DNA of 64,000 nt, from NCBI GenBank assembly GCA_038087875.1, contig JAXLNO010000161.1, forward strand, positions 1-64,000. Direction: 5' to 3'. The position numbers were made by a program, and so were the translations under genes. The notes under the pieces are model-generated. The model searched no databases, was not told the DNA's origin, and was given only the letters and a program-made list of their open reading frames with translations. This DNA is from Malacoraja senta. Its lineage: Eukaryota. The stretch's first letter is position 1; the number at the start of each line of letters is the position of its first letter. Below, in pieces: positions 38,592-50,692 of this stretch.

Positions 38592-39405
38592 GCATTTTGA
38601 ATAATTATAGTACCTTTGAATCTTGTGGTGCGTCCATATCCCAGGTCTTTAGGTATTGGGGGAGTTTTGAATTATTAACTTTTGTTGGTATGTCCATATT
38701 ATTTTTATCACTAAACACAAAACACAAACAAGTGATTTTATGTGATAAAAAAAAACTAAAAAAGTGAGGCTACAGTGTCTATAGTCGGCACTGTAGCGAG
38801 TGACCCACCTGTAGGTGGGAAAAAACCTTATTTTGACTTCCATTGCGTTGTTGCTCAACTCGCTCCGCTCTCTAGTTAATCATAACATATTAAAATATTA
38901 AAACGAGGCCTCACATTCAGATATATAATACAATTTTACCCTGATATTTCCTTATAACATATATATATATCAGAGTTTAATTATTAAACCAATATTTTTG
39001 ATTTCAATAAGAATCAGCTGTTGGTTGAAGGGGTTAACGAGACGTGCTCCTGGACATAAGCCAGGAGCTCGTTTCTCATCCCTCCTCCCGCTTATAGACA
39101 AGGTTACAATTTATTAAAAATTCATATTAGTATGTTAGTTCATTATTTTTTTGTTTTTTTGTTAGTATTCTAATCTAACCTGCATAACTTTTAAAGTTGT
39201 TAATAGGATAAGTTCTTACAATTGGTTATAACATTTTAATCAATAAGCAATTATTTTCTAATTCATATCCAGCTATAAAGTTGTTTACACGTTTGAACAG
39301 AAAATGTCCTTGCTTCAACATTCCAGATAACAATGTAACTATCCCCAGACAAAACATAGCTGAGAATTATTCGGATCTGCCAAAGCTCCCTTTTATTTCT
39401 GTTTT

Positions 39406-40464
39406 TCAACAATCGTTTGGGCATATTTGAAAGCGTCTTCCAGGCTTAACAAATGACTTTTCAAGACCATTAAAAGAAATACGCATTTTCGCGGGATAAA
39501 AAACCCCAAATCTGACCCCTTCTCTCCCTCTTAAAAGATCTTTAACCTTATCAAATTTGTTTCTTTTTTGCACAATTTCATGTGGGTAGTCCCTGAATAT
39601 CTTAATAGTGTCCTTGTCCAGCCGTAATTGTACACCATATTTGATTTTAGTCATAACGTATTCCAGTTCTGCAGTATCTCGAAATTTCACTATAATATGT
39701 CGTGGATAAGCTTTTCCCGCATCAAATCTTTTCCAAATCTTGGGACACGATGAGCCACTTCGATTTTCGGTTCCTTGGGAAGATTCAACCAGTTGTTTCA
39801 ACAAGCCCATGGCAAATTCACGTACCTGTTCCCCTTCTGCCCCCTCTGAAACACCAAGAATTCTCAAATTCTGGCGTCTAGAACGAGCTTCCAGGTCCAG
39901 GCATTTGAATGAGACTTTCTCTAATTGAGTCCCCATTTGTAGTGATGCTTGTTCGTTTTCTCGCCTCATTTGCTCATGTTCTTGCCTCAATTTCGCCATG
40001 TCTTCAACCAGTCGAGCCGTATTTTTCTCCAATTCCGTAATTGTGTGCATACTTGCAGCTACTGTTTCAAGTACAGCCGTGAACTTATCCGTAGTAATTA
40101 CATCCATCTTATCCATTTTCTCTGATAGTCCATCTTTCACCTCATCAATTCGTTTATTCATAATGTCCAGTAAATCCGTCATATTCTTCTGGTTACCAGC
40201 ATTTAAATCCTTCATCATCTTCTCCATTCCTTCCATCATTTTTGCCGAATTTTCCTTCATTTCCTTCTTATCTTCCACCCTATTATCCGAGATCTCATCT
40301 TTCAAATTTTTCATTGATTTCTTCAAGTCATCAAAGTCTTTCTTAGATCTTGTATCCATTTCTGCAGCCACTTCAGAGACTTCAGAGGTAACTTCTGTTT
40401 CGAACATTTTCGACAGCTTATTCACAGCTCTCTGAGGGCTCACAGCTGGAGTCAATTTACTCAT
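39406..40464 (-). CDS. L1 ORF1p (coiled coil, RRM, CTD) with probable small indels
   Basis: DLEARSRRQNLRILGVSEG, PRHIIVKF, IKIFRDYP, RFGVFYPAKMRI; the conserved IEVAHRV lies in another frame. Confidence 0.9.
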   Translation of the reverse strand: MSKLTPAVSPQRAVNKLSKMFETEVTSEVSEVAAEMDTRSKKDFDDLKKSMKNLKDEISDNRVEDKKEMKENSAKMMEGMEKMMKDLNAGNQKNMTDLLDIMNKRIDEVKDGLSEKMDKMDVITTDKFTAVLETVAASMHTITELEKNTARLVEDMAKLRQEHEQMRRENEQASLQMGTQLEKVSFKCLDLEARSRRQNLRILGVSEGAEGEQVREFAMGLLKQLVESSQGTENRSGSSCPKIWKRFDAGKAYPRHIIVKFRDTAELEYVMTKIKYGVQLRLDKDTIKIFRDYPHEIVQKRNKFDKVKDLLRGREGVRFGVFYPAKMRISFNGLEKSFVKPGRRFQICPNDC

Positions 40465-42271
40465 TTAAAGGGCTTCAAACCACCGTTTAAAACATCGCGT
40501 TTAACGATGACGTCATCAGCGCGGTAACCAGAAGCTCCGGTAAGGTTTTTAAAAACAATCCCGATTTTCGGACCCGTTTTACACGATAAATCGTGAAGTT
40601 TTTCGGGAGAGGAGCTGGGTGCACGTCTGTTAGTCTAACATGATGCCACCGGAAGTCTATTATAGACATTTTATAAACTTCTATATATCGGTGGATTAAC
40701 TTATATATATCGGTGGATTAACTTATAATTAAAAAAAGACATTACACTATTATGTACCATTTTGGCTGAATTTTGGCAGCTTATTGTTGAGTCTCTTGAT
40801 CCCTGTGAGCTTCCGATATTTTTTGGAGATACTCAAGAGGTACAGTCCTTTCTTGTTGTGTCTCTTGCTCCATTATGCTCCTTACTCTACTTCTCAACGT
40901 CTTTTTGCGATGTTGCTTGATCATCCTGCAACTCGTTTGCTCCTGCTTCTTAGAATGTCTGAAAAAAGAGAGATTTATTACAATGTAGGTATTTATAAAC
41001 TTCTAATTGACAATTTGATCTATCAATCCATTAACATACAAATTAAAAAAAATATGATATCGTATACTGATTAAGGGGTTTTATAGGAACTTCTTCTTGT
41101 GTCTCTTGTTCCCTGCTATCCTTGCTTTATTTCACACACATCCACAAGACGTTCAGTCAAAATATCTGGGATTCAGAAATGAGGTGATAGTGAGAGATCT
41201 AGACAAAAAGGCAGATTTGATTAGTGTGATATATTCAGGCATTCTGATAAAACTAAAGTAAATATGTATCAAGGATAAAAAACTGCACTGCCACCAAATA
41301 TTTTCAAATACTGACCTTTCTTCCATCTTCCGATCCGAAGTGGATATTCACTGATGGATATGGAATTTGAAATTCCAATGCCATTAACAGTATCAAATCT
41401 TGTGGTTCTATATCTTGCAGCAAATAATCCATCTGCAAACTTTGTCAGGAAGCATGATAGCAGCTCCAACAACCCTGTATCCAAAAAGCCAATGCAATTG
41501 GCAAGATTTTAGTCACTTAATATGTCCTTGAAGCTTTTTCTGAGGCAGCATTTTAAACTTTGTGTGCAGAACTGTGATTGCTGTGTTAAACATCCATTAT
41601 GAACTGAGGAGCAATCATTAAAAGTGTTGAAACTCTGGACGTTCGGTTTCCTTCTTGCATCTCTTTTTGCCTTCAGTTTCGCGTTCTTTCGTTGACTTTA
41701 GGAAATTGTGAGCACTTATTGCCGGTAGTCATTGCTCAACAAAGCATTTGTCTAATGACAACATTCCTGGTTGATGTCCCATCCTCCAGGAACACTTTTA
41801 CTTATTCCTTCAGCTCGCTTCATTACTTTTGTCATGCGTTTTTGTTTGGAGATCTTTCAAACGTTGTCATTTCTTGTTCAGTCACCATTCCTTCTATCAA
41901 GCGAATTAAATATGATTAAAAAACAATTTTATCAATTGTAGACATTTATAAATTTCTAAGACAATATTTACTTTCAAACAATTAACTTTGATTTAAAAAA
42001 GTGCTACCATGTACCAATCTGAAGGTATATTTGGGAACATCCTCGTGTCTCTTGTGCCCTTCTGCTCATCACTGCTTCTCGACGTCTCCTTGCATTGTCC
42101 CTTGACCATCCTGCAATGATTGCTCCAATTTCTTGGCATCATGTAAACAAAAGAGAAATATTTATCACGATGTAGATATTTAAAAAACCTGTAAAGATAA
42201 TTTTATCTATTGTAGACATTTATAAACTTCTAAAGACAATTATATCTAACGGTGGATTAACATATGATTAT

Positions 42272-44840
42272 AACAGAGGGAACCTCCCGATGCTTTCTTC
42301 ATAGCAGCTGGGGATTTTAACCAGGCAAGTCTTGCATCTGTTCTGCCTAAATTCTACCAGCATGTGAACATTGCAACCAGGGGAAAGAACAAACTAGACC
42401 TGGTGTACACAAACATTAATGATGCATATAAAGCAGACCCCCTCCCCATATCGGCAACTCTGACCACCTGGCGGTTATGCGCACACCTGCATACAGACCC
42501 AGGGGCGAACCAGGACAGGCCAATGGTCAAAGAAGTCAGAATATGGCCACAGGAGATAGCGCAGCACTGCAAGACTGTTTTGAAATCACACAATGGGCCA
42601 TTTTCAGAGAGGCAGCAACAGGTGACAGTGGCACTGACTTCCAATAATACACAGAATCCGTCATCGGACACATCAATAAATGCATTGATGATGTGACGGT
42701 GGTTAAAACCGTCAAGAGGCGTGCCAATCAGAAACCTTGGCTAACTGGGGAAGTTTGTTCTCTACAGAGAGTCCGGAATGCAGCATTTAAATCTGGGGAC
42801 AACGCAGCATAGAAACTGGCATAGAGTAACCTATCCCAGGGGATCAGGGAAGCGAAGAGGCGGTATGTACAAAAACTTAATAGCCACTTCACAAACGACA
42901 AAGACACACACATCCACAAGACAGTTCAGTCAAAATATCTGGGATTCAGAAATGAGGTGATAGTGAGACATATTGTGGCAGGGATTTCATACCATCACTG
43001 ACTACAAGCCCCCCCCCCCCCCCACCCCACTGCGGATATGCCAAAACGACCCCTCTCTACCGGGAGAATGAACTGAACGAGTTCTATGCACGGTATGAGG
43101 TTAAAAACACCACCCAGATACGAGCACTCCTGCCATCACCCAACCACCAGTCACTCAGGTTGTCCACAGCCGGAGTTAAAAAGGCCTTTGCCAGCATCAA
43201 TCCATGCAAAGCTGCAGTGCCGGATGACATCCCTGGATGCGTTTTAAGGGACTGCGCTGATCAACTAAAATATGTCTTCACAGACATTTTTAACATCTCA
43301 CTCAGCCAGGCAGTAGTGCCCAACTGTCTTAAAAGTGCCACCATCGTTCCTGTCCCGAAGAAACCAAACCCAGCCTGTCACAATGACTTCCGCCCAGTGC
43401 TCGCCCATCCGCTAATGAAGTGTTTTGAGCGGTGTTATGCAGCATATTAAAATGGTCCTGCCCGACCTAGATCCAACTGCAGTTTCCCTACAGAGCCAAC
43501 GGTCCACAGAGGACGCGGTCTCCACTACACTGAACCTCGCACTGTCACACCTCGACCGGAAACATACTTATGCCAGGATCCTCTTTTTAGACTTCAGTTC
43601 TGCTTTTAATACAATCATTCCCACAGCAGCTGGTGGAGAAGCTGAGGCTGTTAGGGGTGGATACTGGCACTTGTAACTGGCTCCTTAACTTCTTATCACA
43701 ATGGCAGCAGACAGTCAGGGTGGGCAGTCGGACATCAAAAACCATCGCCGTGAGCACTGGCTCACCCCAAGGCTGTGTCCTAAGCCCCCTGCTGTTTAGT
43801 CTGCTTACACATGATTGTACTGCTAGACTCAATAACAACTATATCAACAAGTTCGCTGATGATACAACAGTGGTGGGTCTCATCAGCGACAATAATGAGT
43901 CGGCGTACATGATGGAGGTGGAGCTGCTCACAGGATGGTGCAGATCCCACAACCTCACTCTTAATGTGGGAAAAACTAAGGAGATGTTGGTCGACTCAGG
44001 AGGGCGGGGAAAACAACACCATACACCGCTGTATATTGATGGAACTGCTGTGGAGAGGGTCAGCGGTATGAAGTTCCTAGGACTCCACCTGTCAGATGAC
44101 CTGACCTCTATGACCAACACCACAGCAGTGGTCAAAAGAGCCCAACAGCGACTCCACCCTCTCCGGAGACTTCGGAAAGCAGGTCCCCCACTGCACATCT
44201 AAGAACCTTCTATAGGGGCACAATTGAAAGCATAATAACCTACGGCATCACGTCCTGGTTCGGGAGCTGCAAGGCTTACGAACAATATCAACTAAACACG
44301 ATAGTGAAGACCGCCAGCAGGATTATCAGTGCCCCACTCCCTTTCCTGCTGGAGATATACAAGAAGAGGAGCATCAGTAGAGCCATCTCCATCATCCAGG
44401 ACCCCTACCACCCATCACATCACATCTTTTCCATTCTGCCATCTGGGAAGAGGTACAGGAGCATCAGCTGCAAAACCAGCAGGATGCTCCTCAGCTTCTT
44501 CCCACAGGCAATAAGTCTGATTAACGGACTGTGTCCCCTCCCAAAACATCGCTCATCCACACATCCAACCGTGCCCATACTTTGACAGTTAGGCACCTGT
44601 CAAGTAAAGCCACTGTGAAGCCACTGTCGATCAGAATGACTGTTTTTATTATATTGTTAATTTTTAGGCCTTCTTTCTTTTTTTTAAATGGTAATTTAAT
44701 TTGTTTTTAAAGCTCTATGTATTATCCTTTTGTTTTTTACACTGAATGGAAACCGATTGGGAAACGTATTTCGTTTCCCCCTCTGTGTATGCGAGTACTC
44801 AGTGAAATGATATTAAAGAAATACTGAACTGAATACTGAA
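42272..44840 (+). mobile_element. 5'-truncated Rex1/Babar LINE, heavily frameshifted
   Basis: [60 protein letters not shown] followed by a (CTGAA)n tail. Confidence 0.9.
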
Positions 44841-45349
44841 TTAAAAAAGACATCAGGCTATTGTGTACCGTTTTGCTGTATTTTGTCAACCTATTGTTGA
44901 GTCTCTTGATCCAAGCAAACTTCGTTTATTTTTCGGAGATCCTCAAGACATTCAGTCCTTTCTTGTTGTGTCTCTGGTTTCCTTCTGCCCCTTACTGCTT
45001 CTAAATGTCTCTTTGTGGAGTTCCTTGACCATCCTGCAGCACATTTGCTCCCATCTCTTGACATCATGTAAAAAAGGAGAGATGTTTATCACGATGTAGG
45101 TATTTACAATCTTGTAAAGACAATTTTATCTATTGTAGAAATTCATAAACTTCTAAACTTGATTATATCTATCAATGCATTAACATGATTAAGAAAGACA
45201 TCAGGCTATTTTGGACCATTTTGCCTCTATCTGTCAACTTCTTGTTGTGTCTCTTGTTCCATGCAAACACCCGTTATTTATCAGAGATTCTCAAGAGGTT
45301 CAGTCCTTTCATGTTGTGTCTCTGGTTCCCTTCTGCTCCTCATAGCCCA

Positions 45350-45745
45350 GAGGGGGGAGAGAGAGAGGGGGGTGGAGAGGGGGGAGAGGGTGGGGAGAGG
45401 GGGGCAGAGGGGGGGAGGGGGGGGAGGGGAGAGGGGGGAGAGAGGAGGGCGGAGATAGGGAGGAGAGAGAGAAGGGGAGTGGGAGGAGAGAGAGGGGGGG
45501 GGAGAGAGGGCAGAGAGAGAGGGCAGAGAGAGAGGGCATAGAGGAGGGCGAGAGGGGAGAAGAGGGGGAGAGCGGAGGGGAGAGGGGGAGAGAGGGAGGA
45601 GAGAGGGAGGGAGGAGAGAGGAGGATAGGGAGAGAGAGAGAGGGGGAGAGAGGAGGGGGGAGAGCGGGGGAGAGAGAGAGGGGGAGAGAGGGGAGAGAGA
45701 GGGAGAGAGAGAGGAGGAGAGAGGGGGGAGAGGGAGGAGGCGAGG
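45350..45745 (+). repeat. Polypurine (GA-rich) low-complexity tract
   Basis: Almost only G and A; similar tracts at 20040-20900 and 62370-62760. Confidence 0.95.
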
Positions 45746-46320
45746 AGAGCCATGTCTGCGTCGCCGCCTATCCACTTACTCGCAGCGGGGAAGAGTAGGA
45801 GGAGGGTGGAGCAGAGTGGGACACAGAAGAGAATCACAGATGGACAGACAGAGAGGGACACAGTAGGAGGGAGCCGGAGACTGACATCGGTAATGCCAGC
45901 GGATGTCGACAACTGGAGATTTGGTCGGGGGGGAGTGTTGACGTAACTCGGACTCGCGCCGTTTCACGCCGCCCGCGGCCATTTCAAGCGGCGGCGCGCG
46001 CGGGAGGAGAGATGGACAGCGGCCGTTGGAAGTTGACTGCGACAGCTATGGGGGCCACACGCGTCCAGATCTTGGGTGGAGCGAGCGAGCACACGGTGTC
46101 AATGCAGCAGCAGCAGCAGCAGCTTGGCTGCTTCAAATTAATGCTTCACTTTACCATCGCTTCCAGCTGTCAGCTTAGGAGCGGTTAACAGCGGCGATCA
46201 ACGGTTAGTGGGGGGGAGTGGGGGGGGGGGGGAAGAGAGGGGGGTAGAAAGAGTAGGAGGCGGGAGGTTAACGGGCGTCGACGGCTGGAGCCGTGCAGGG
46301 AGTCGTCGACAGATGGCGCC

Positions 46321-46650
46321 GCCCGGGAGCGAGTGTAATACAGTGGGGGCCGGGAGCGAGTGTAATACAGTTGGGGGCCCGGGAGCGAGTGTAATACAGT
46401 TGGGGGCCCGGGAGCGAGTGTAATACAGTTGGGGGCCCGGGAGCGAGTGTAATACAGTTGGGGGCCCGGGAGCGAGTGTAATACAGTTGGGGGCCCGGGA
46501 GCGAGTGTAATACAGTTGGGGGCCCGGGGGAGCGAGTGTAATACAGTTGGGGGCCCAGGAGCGAGTGTAATACAGTTAGTCGGGCCCGGGAGCGAGTGTA
46601 ATACAGTTGGGCGGGCCCGGGAGCGAGTGTAATACAGTTGGTCGGGCCCC
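46321..46650 (+). repeat. 29-bp minisatellite, about 11 copies
   Basis: GGGCCCGGGAGCGAGTGTAATACAGTTGG. Confidence 0.95.
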
Positions 46651-46829
46651 GCGCGCTGCGTCTTCACGCCAAGTCGGGCGGCCGCTGAGAACGCGCCCGC
46701 GCGGGGGGCATTTGTCGGCGCCATTTTGAAGGGCGGTCATGGCGTTGGTCCACTACATCTACAGCAAAGATCCTGCAGCTCGCTCAACGATCTTTGATCC
46801 ACAGCTCACTGTTCTGCTGTAAATTGCTG

Positions 46830-47057
46830 TAATCGGCCCCGCCCCGTCCCTGAGGATGCAGTGCGCTTGTGCACGGTCTGGACGTCACCGAATGGGTGGC
46901 ACTTCCTTCCTTCCTGCCGACCGACCTGTTGCAGCAGCAGCGGTAGGTTGTGGCCTCGGCGGATGAGGAGACTCAGGGTCGCTGTCCTGGCCGGTGGGGA
47001 GACTCGGGGCCGGGGAGCGAGGGCAGCAGATTGACATCCATCTATCCATCGGTGAGT
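46830..47057 (+). promoter_or_regulatory. Candidate CpG-rich promoter and non-coding first exon
   Basis: GC box 46836-46845, NRF1-like TGCGCTTGTGCA, CRE-like GACGTCA, ETS-like CACTTCCT, strong donor CG|GTGAGT at 47051/47052. Confidence 0.4.
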
Positions 47058-47084
47058 ATTTTGTCCGCCGCGCCCCAGTGGACG

Positions 47085-47512
47085 GGTCCATTGATGTCAG
47101 GGTTGAAGCCTAACGCGGCCATCTTAGCTATTGGCAGTCGCCCATTGAAGTCAATAGGGGTGAAGCCATAGGCGGCCATCTTAAATACTGGCAGTCTCCC
47201 ATTGAAGTCAATAGGGGTGAAGTATTAACAGTCTCCCATTGAAGTCAATAGGAGTGAAGCCTTAGGCGGCCATCTTAACTACTGGCAGTCTCCCATTGAA
47301 GTTAATGCGAGTGAAGTCATAGGCGGCCATCTTAAGTACTGGCAGTCTCCCATTGAAGTCAATAGGAGTGAAGCCATAAGTGGCCATCTTAAGTACTGGC
47401 AGTCTCCCATTGAAGTCAATAGGAGTGAATACTTAGGCGGCCATATTAAGTACTGGCAGTCTCCCATTGAAGTCAATGGCAGCGAAGTCATAGGCGGGCA
47501 TTTTAGGAACTG
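47085..47512 (+). repeat. ~57-bp minisatellite carrying GGCGGCCATCTT and CCCATTGAAGTCAAT
   Basis: About 7 units visible. Confidence 0.9.
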
Positions 47513-47943
47513 GCAGGCCGAGCGGGCGGGGAGACTCAGGGCCGCTGTGGGGATCCTGTGAACATACTTCCCTCTCCTCACCCATCTTTGTGTCCCGCGG
47601 GGCGCCTCCACCTACTTTGAAGGGCTGTAGGCATGAAGGGCTGTAGGCATGAACCCAGTTCACCCTCCAACCCAGGCCACTCCTGGCGCCTGACATCTCC
47701 AGCTCTCTTCCGGTAACTCCGTCCGACGAACCTTTGGGCGGGTTTGGGCAGCGTCCTGTAGAGATGAGACGGATGATTCTCCTGTGAAGTAGGACTGGTG
47801 GTGGTACTGCAGACATCACCTGACATCATGGAGACCCAGCAGAGTCCAGGCCTGGGATATTCTGGAATGGGAACTCCAGGGTTGTGCTGAAATGTGCTGT
47901 GGGAGCTGTGGGGACTACAGTTTCCAGCAGAGTGTAAGACATA

Positions 47944-48143
47944 NNNNNNNNNNNNNNNNNNNNNNNNNNNNNNNNNNNNNNNNNNNNNNNNNNNNNNNNN
48001 NNNNNNNNNNNNNNNNNNNNNNNNNNNNNNNNNNNNNNNNNNNNNNNNNNNNNNNNNNNNNNNNNNNNNNNNNNNNNNNNNNNNNNNNNNNNNNNNNNNN
48101 NNNNNNNNNNNNNNNNNNNNNNNNNNNNNNNNNNNNNNNNNNN
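47944..48143. other. Assembly gap (200 N)
   Basis: Run of N. Confidence 1.
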
Positions 48144-48301
48144 CCTCCCTCGCTCCCTGTCTCTCACACACTCCCACTCTCGATCCCTGTCTCTCTCCCA
48201 CACACCCTCTCTCTGTCCCTCTCTCTCACACACAAACACTCCCTCTCTCTCACACACATACATCCCCCCCTCTCTCTCACACACACACACTCTCACACAC
48301 A

Positions 48302-48742
48302 CTCGGCCCTTCGAGCCAGCATTGCCATTCATTGTGTCATGGCTGATCGTCCCCAATCAATAACCCGTGCCTGCCTTCTCCCCATATCCCTTGATTCCAC
48401 TATCACCTAGAGCTCTATCTAACTCTCTCTCTTAAATCCATCCAGTGATTTGGCCTCCACTGCCCTCTGTGGCAGGGAATTCCACAAATTCACAACTCTC
48501 TGGGTGAAAACTTGTTTTCTCACCTCAGTCTTAAATGGCCTCCCGTTTATTCTAAGACTGTGGCCCCTGGTTCTGGACTCGCCCAACATTGGGGGGAAAT
48601 TTCCTAGCTTGTCCAGTCCTTTTATAATTTTAAATGCTTCTATAAGATACCACCTCATCCTTCTAAACTCCAGTGAATACAAGCCGAGTCTTTTCAATCT
48701 TTCCTTAAATGACAGTCCCGCCATCCCAGGGATCAATCTCGT
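48302..48742 (-). mobile_element. CR1 3' fragment
   Basis: IPGMAGLSFKERLKRLGLYSLEFRRM...FTQRVVNLWNSLP. Confidence 0.85.
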
Positions 48743-49189
48743 TCTCTAATTTCAGGTAGTCCCCATTTACTCCTCCCCTTCTCAGCTCTTCCTCAGCCCA
48801 CTGGCTCCACCTCTTCCTTCTTCCCGCCTCCCCCACCCTCCCCCACCACCACATCAGTCTGAAGAAGGGTTTCGACCCAAAATGTTGCCTATTTCCTTCG
48901 CTCCGCAGAGTTTCTCCAGCATTTATGTCTACCTTTGATTTTCCAGCATCTGCAGTTCCTTCTTAGACATTTTAAATTGATTTTTTAAAGAAAGTTTTGA
49001 TGCATTTTTGCCTTACGTAACAAATAAAGCAAGTTTATCCTGACCTCATTGTGAAAGAGTTTAATTTGGTGAAGTTTGGCTTGTAAATTAAAAATGGAAA
49101 TTTCCTGAAAAACAGAAAGCAGTCAATATAAAAGAGAATTTTCTCAGCAGAATAAAGTCTGGTAAAATCTTAGAAGCTTGGTTTATACT

Positions 49190-49680
49190 AATCACTGAAA
49201 CAATGTATTAACATAGAGATGTATTGTCTGGGCACAGCACCATATTAGATATCTGTCTGAACTGCCTGTCCCAGTTAAGGACAAGGTAGTGGCTTTCATC
49301 CAAGTCTTACAAGCTTGTTTTAGTTCACAGGGGGATGCCGATTCTGGAACCAAGATGGAAGTCATTTGAAAACAAAATGGAGTTAGTTGTCCTTCCGGAA
49401 AGGGCAGCTGTACTGAAGCTGTGCCAAGATTTGAGAATAAGGCTGACATTGCAACTATATGGGTCCAGCCTCCCTTGTTTCCCTTAGGCTACGGATCTTT
49501 CACTCAGATTTAGAAGGTGTGATTTATTGATATGAAAATGTATAATTACTCTAACTTTCCTTTGTTCTTTGAGTGGAGCACGAGAAGCACTGAGCAACGT
49601 GTGTGCTCTTTGTAGATCTCGCCACTCCTGTCTGGCAAATTGATTAAAAGATTGTTTTGGTTTACTTTTTAACAATTTTG
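49190..49680 (-). mobile_element. Possible old LTR-retrotransposon pol remnant, unrelated to the young gypsy family
   Basis: QEWRDLQRAHTLLSASRAPLK and SPCELKQAC loosely resemble the region just before the integrase of some gypsy-like elements; very degenerate. Confidence 0.3.
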
Positions 49681-49689
49681 CCGGGTTTA

Positions 49690-50250
49690 TGGCCCCGTGT
49701 GTCCGCTGCCCGGAGCCGTGGCCCCGTGTGTGTGCGCTGCCAACCCACAGCCCGTGACAGTGCCGTGGGAGCCAGCTTGGGGGAGTAAGAGATGGGAGTT
49801 AGCTAGCTTGGGGGAGTAAGGGGGATGGAAGGTTGCCAACTTAGGGTAGTAAGGGGAATTGGAGGTAGCCAGCTGGAGGGTTAACAGATGGAGGTATCCA
49901 GCTTGGGGGAGTAAGGAATGGGAGGTAGCCAGCTTGGGGGAGGAAGGGGAATGGGAGGTAGCCAGGTTGGGTGAGTAAGGAATGGGAGGAAGCCAGGTTG
50001 GGGGAGTAAGGGACAGGCGGAACTGACAGCCCCGCGACGCCATTGCTGCCACGAGGAGCAGCACCAACACTCACTGCCTTCCTGACCGATCTCGGGCCGG
50101 GACCACCACGGATGCCGCTGTTGTCGACCTCACCCGTGGCCGTTGCTGCCGTCCTTCACCGACTCACCGACACCGCCGAGGTGGAATATTGCGTTGGGGG
50201 ACCAGCCCTCCCATGTGATGCTGGGAACCAATGGGTCCCACTTAGTCTAG
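49690..50250 (+). mobile_element. Helitron-like element with a ~31-bp GGGAGGTAGCCAGCTTGGGG minisatellite; related copy at 53838-54720
   Basis: Ends TGGGAACCAATGGGTCCCA-CTTAGTCTAG; the last 70 bp match 224-280 and 26428-26470. Confidence 0.55.
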
Positions 50251-50692
50251 CTCTTTCTAAATGTAATGTACTGGTCAAGTCATGAAGCCACATTCTGGAG
50301 CTTTTTTGCATGACATGAGCATTAGTTTCTTTGCCGTAATGAGACAATAGACAATAGGTGCAGGTGAAGGCCATTCGGCCCTTTGAGCCAGCACCGCCAT
50401 TCAATGTGATCATGGGTGATCATCCACAACCAGTATCCCGTTCCTGCCTTTTCCCAACATCCCCTGCCTCCGCTAATTTTACAGTAGGAGAGGAATTGTC
50501 GTTGAACAGTCGTGAGTTGTCTTGATGTTTCAGATAGCCCAAAGATGATTAATAAGAGCTCTAAGTTTAATGGGATGTTACGAATGTCTGAGATATTCTG
50601 AAATATATCCGACCAGAGAGAGGTGATTTTAGGGCTCGTTACAAAGTTATAAAAAAGAGTAGCATCTGAGGAGTGACATTTGTCCCAAGTAA

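Larger units (their letters stand above)
34377..40655 (-). mobile_element. Full-length L1-clade LINE with target-site duplication
   Basis: TSD TCTATTATAGACATTT at 34361-34376 and 40656-40671; 5' ACTTCCGGTGG start; two ORFs; A-rich tail. Confidence 0.97.
33402..45345 (-). mobile_element. Large decayed Helitron-like element with an STPR-repeat exon array; hosts the L1 and Rex1 insertions
   Basis: Minus-strand 3' end GGGTCTGCACTTGATCTAG|T at 33402; AT-rich ~300-bp tandem units (34050-34376, 40656-41130, 41900-42270, 44840-45345) encode 23-aa ETQQERTExLE repeats on the same strand. 5' end not found. Confidence 0.45.

Noticed and set aside
46321..46650. Regular ~29-bp repeats resembling a CRISPR array (also 22190-22413, 47085-47512)
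   Set aside because: Head-to-tail units without unique spacers, no cas genes, vertebrate context.
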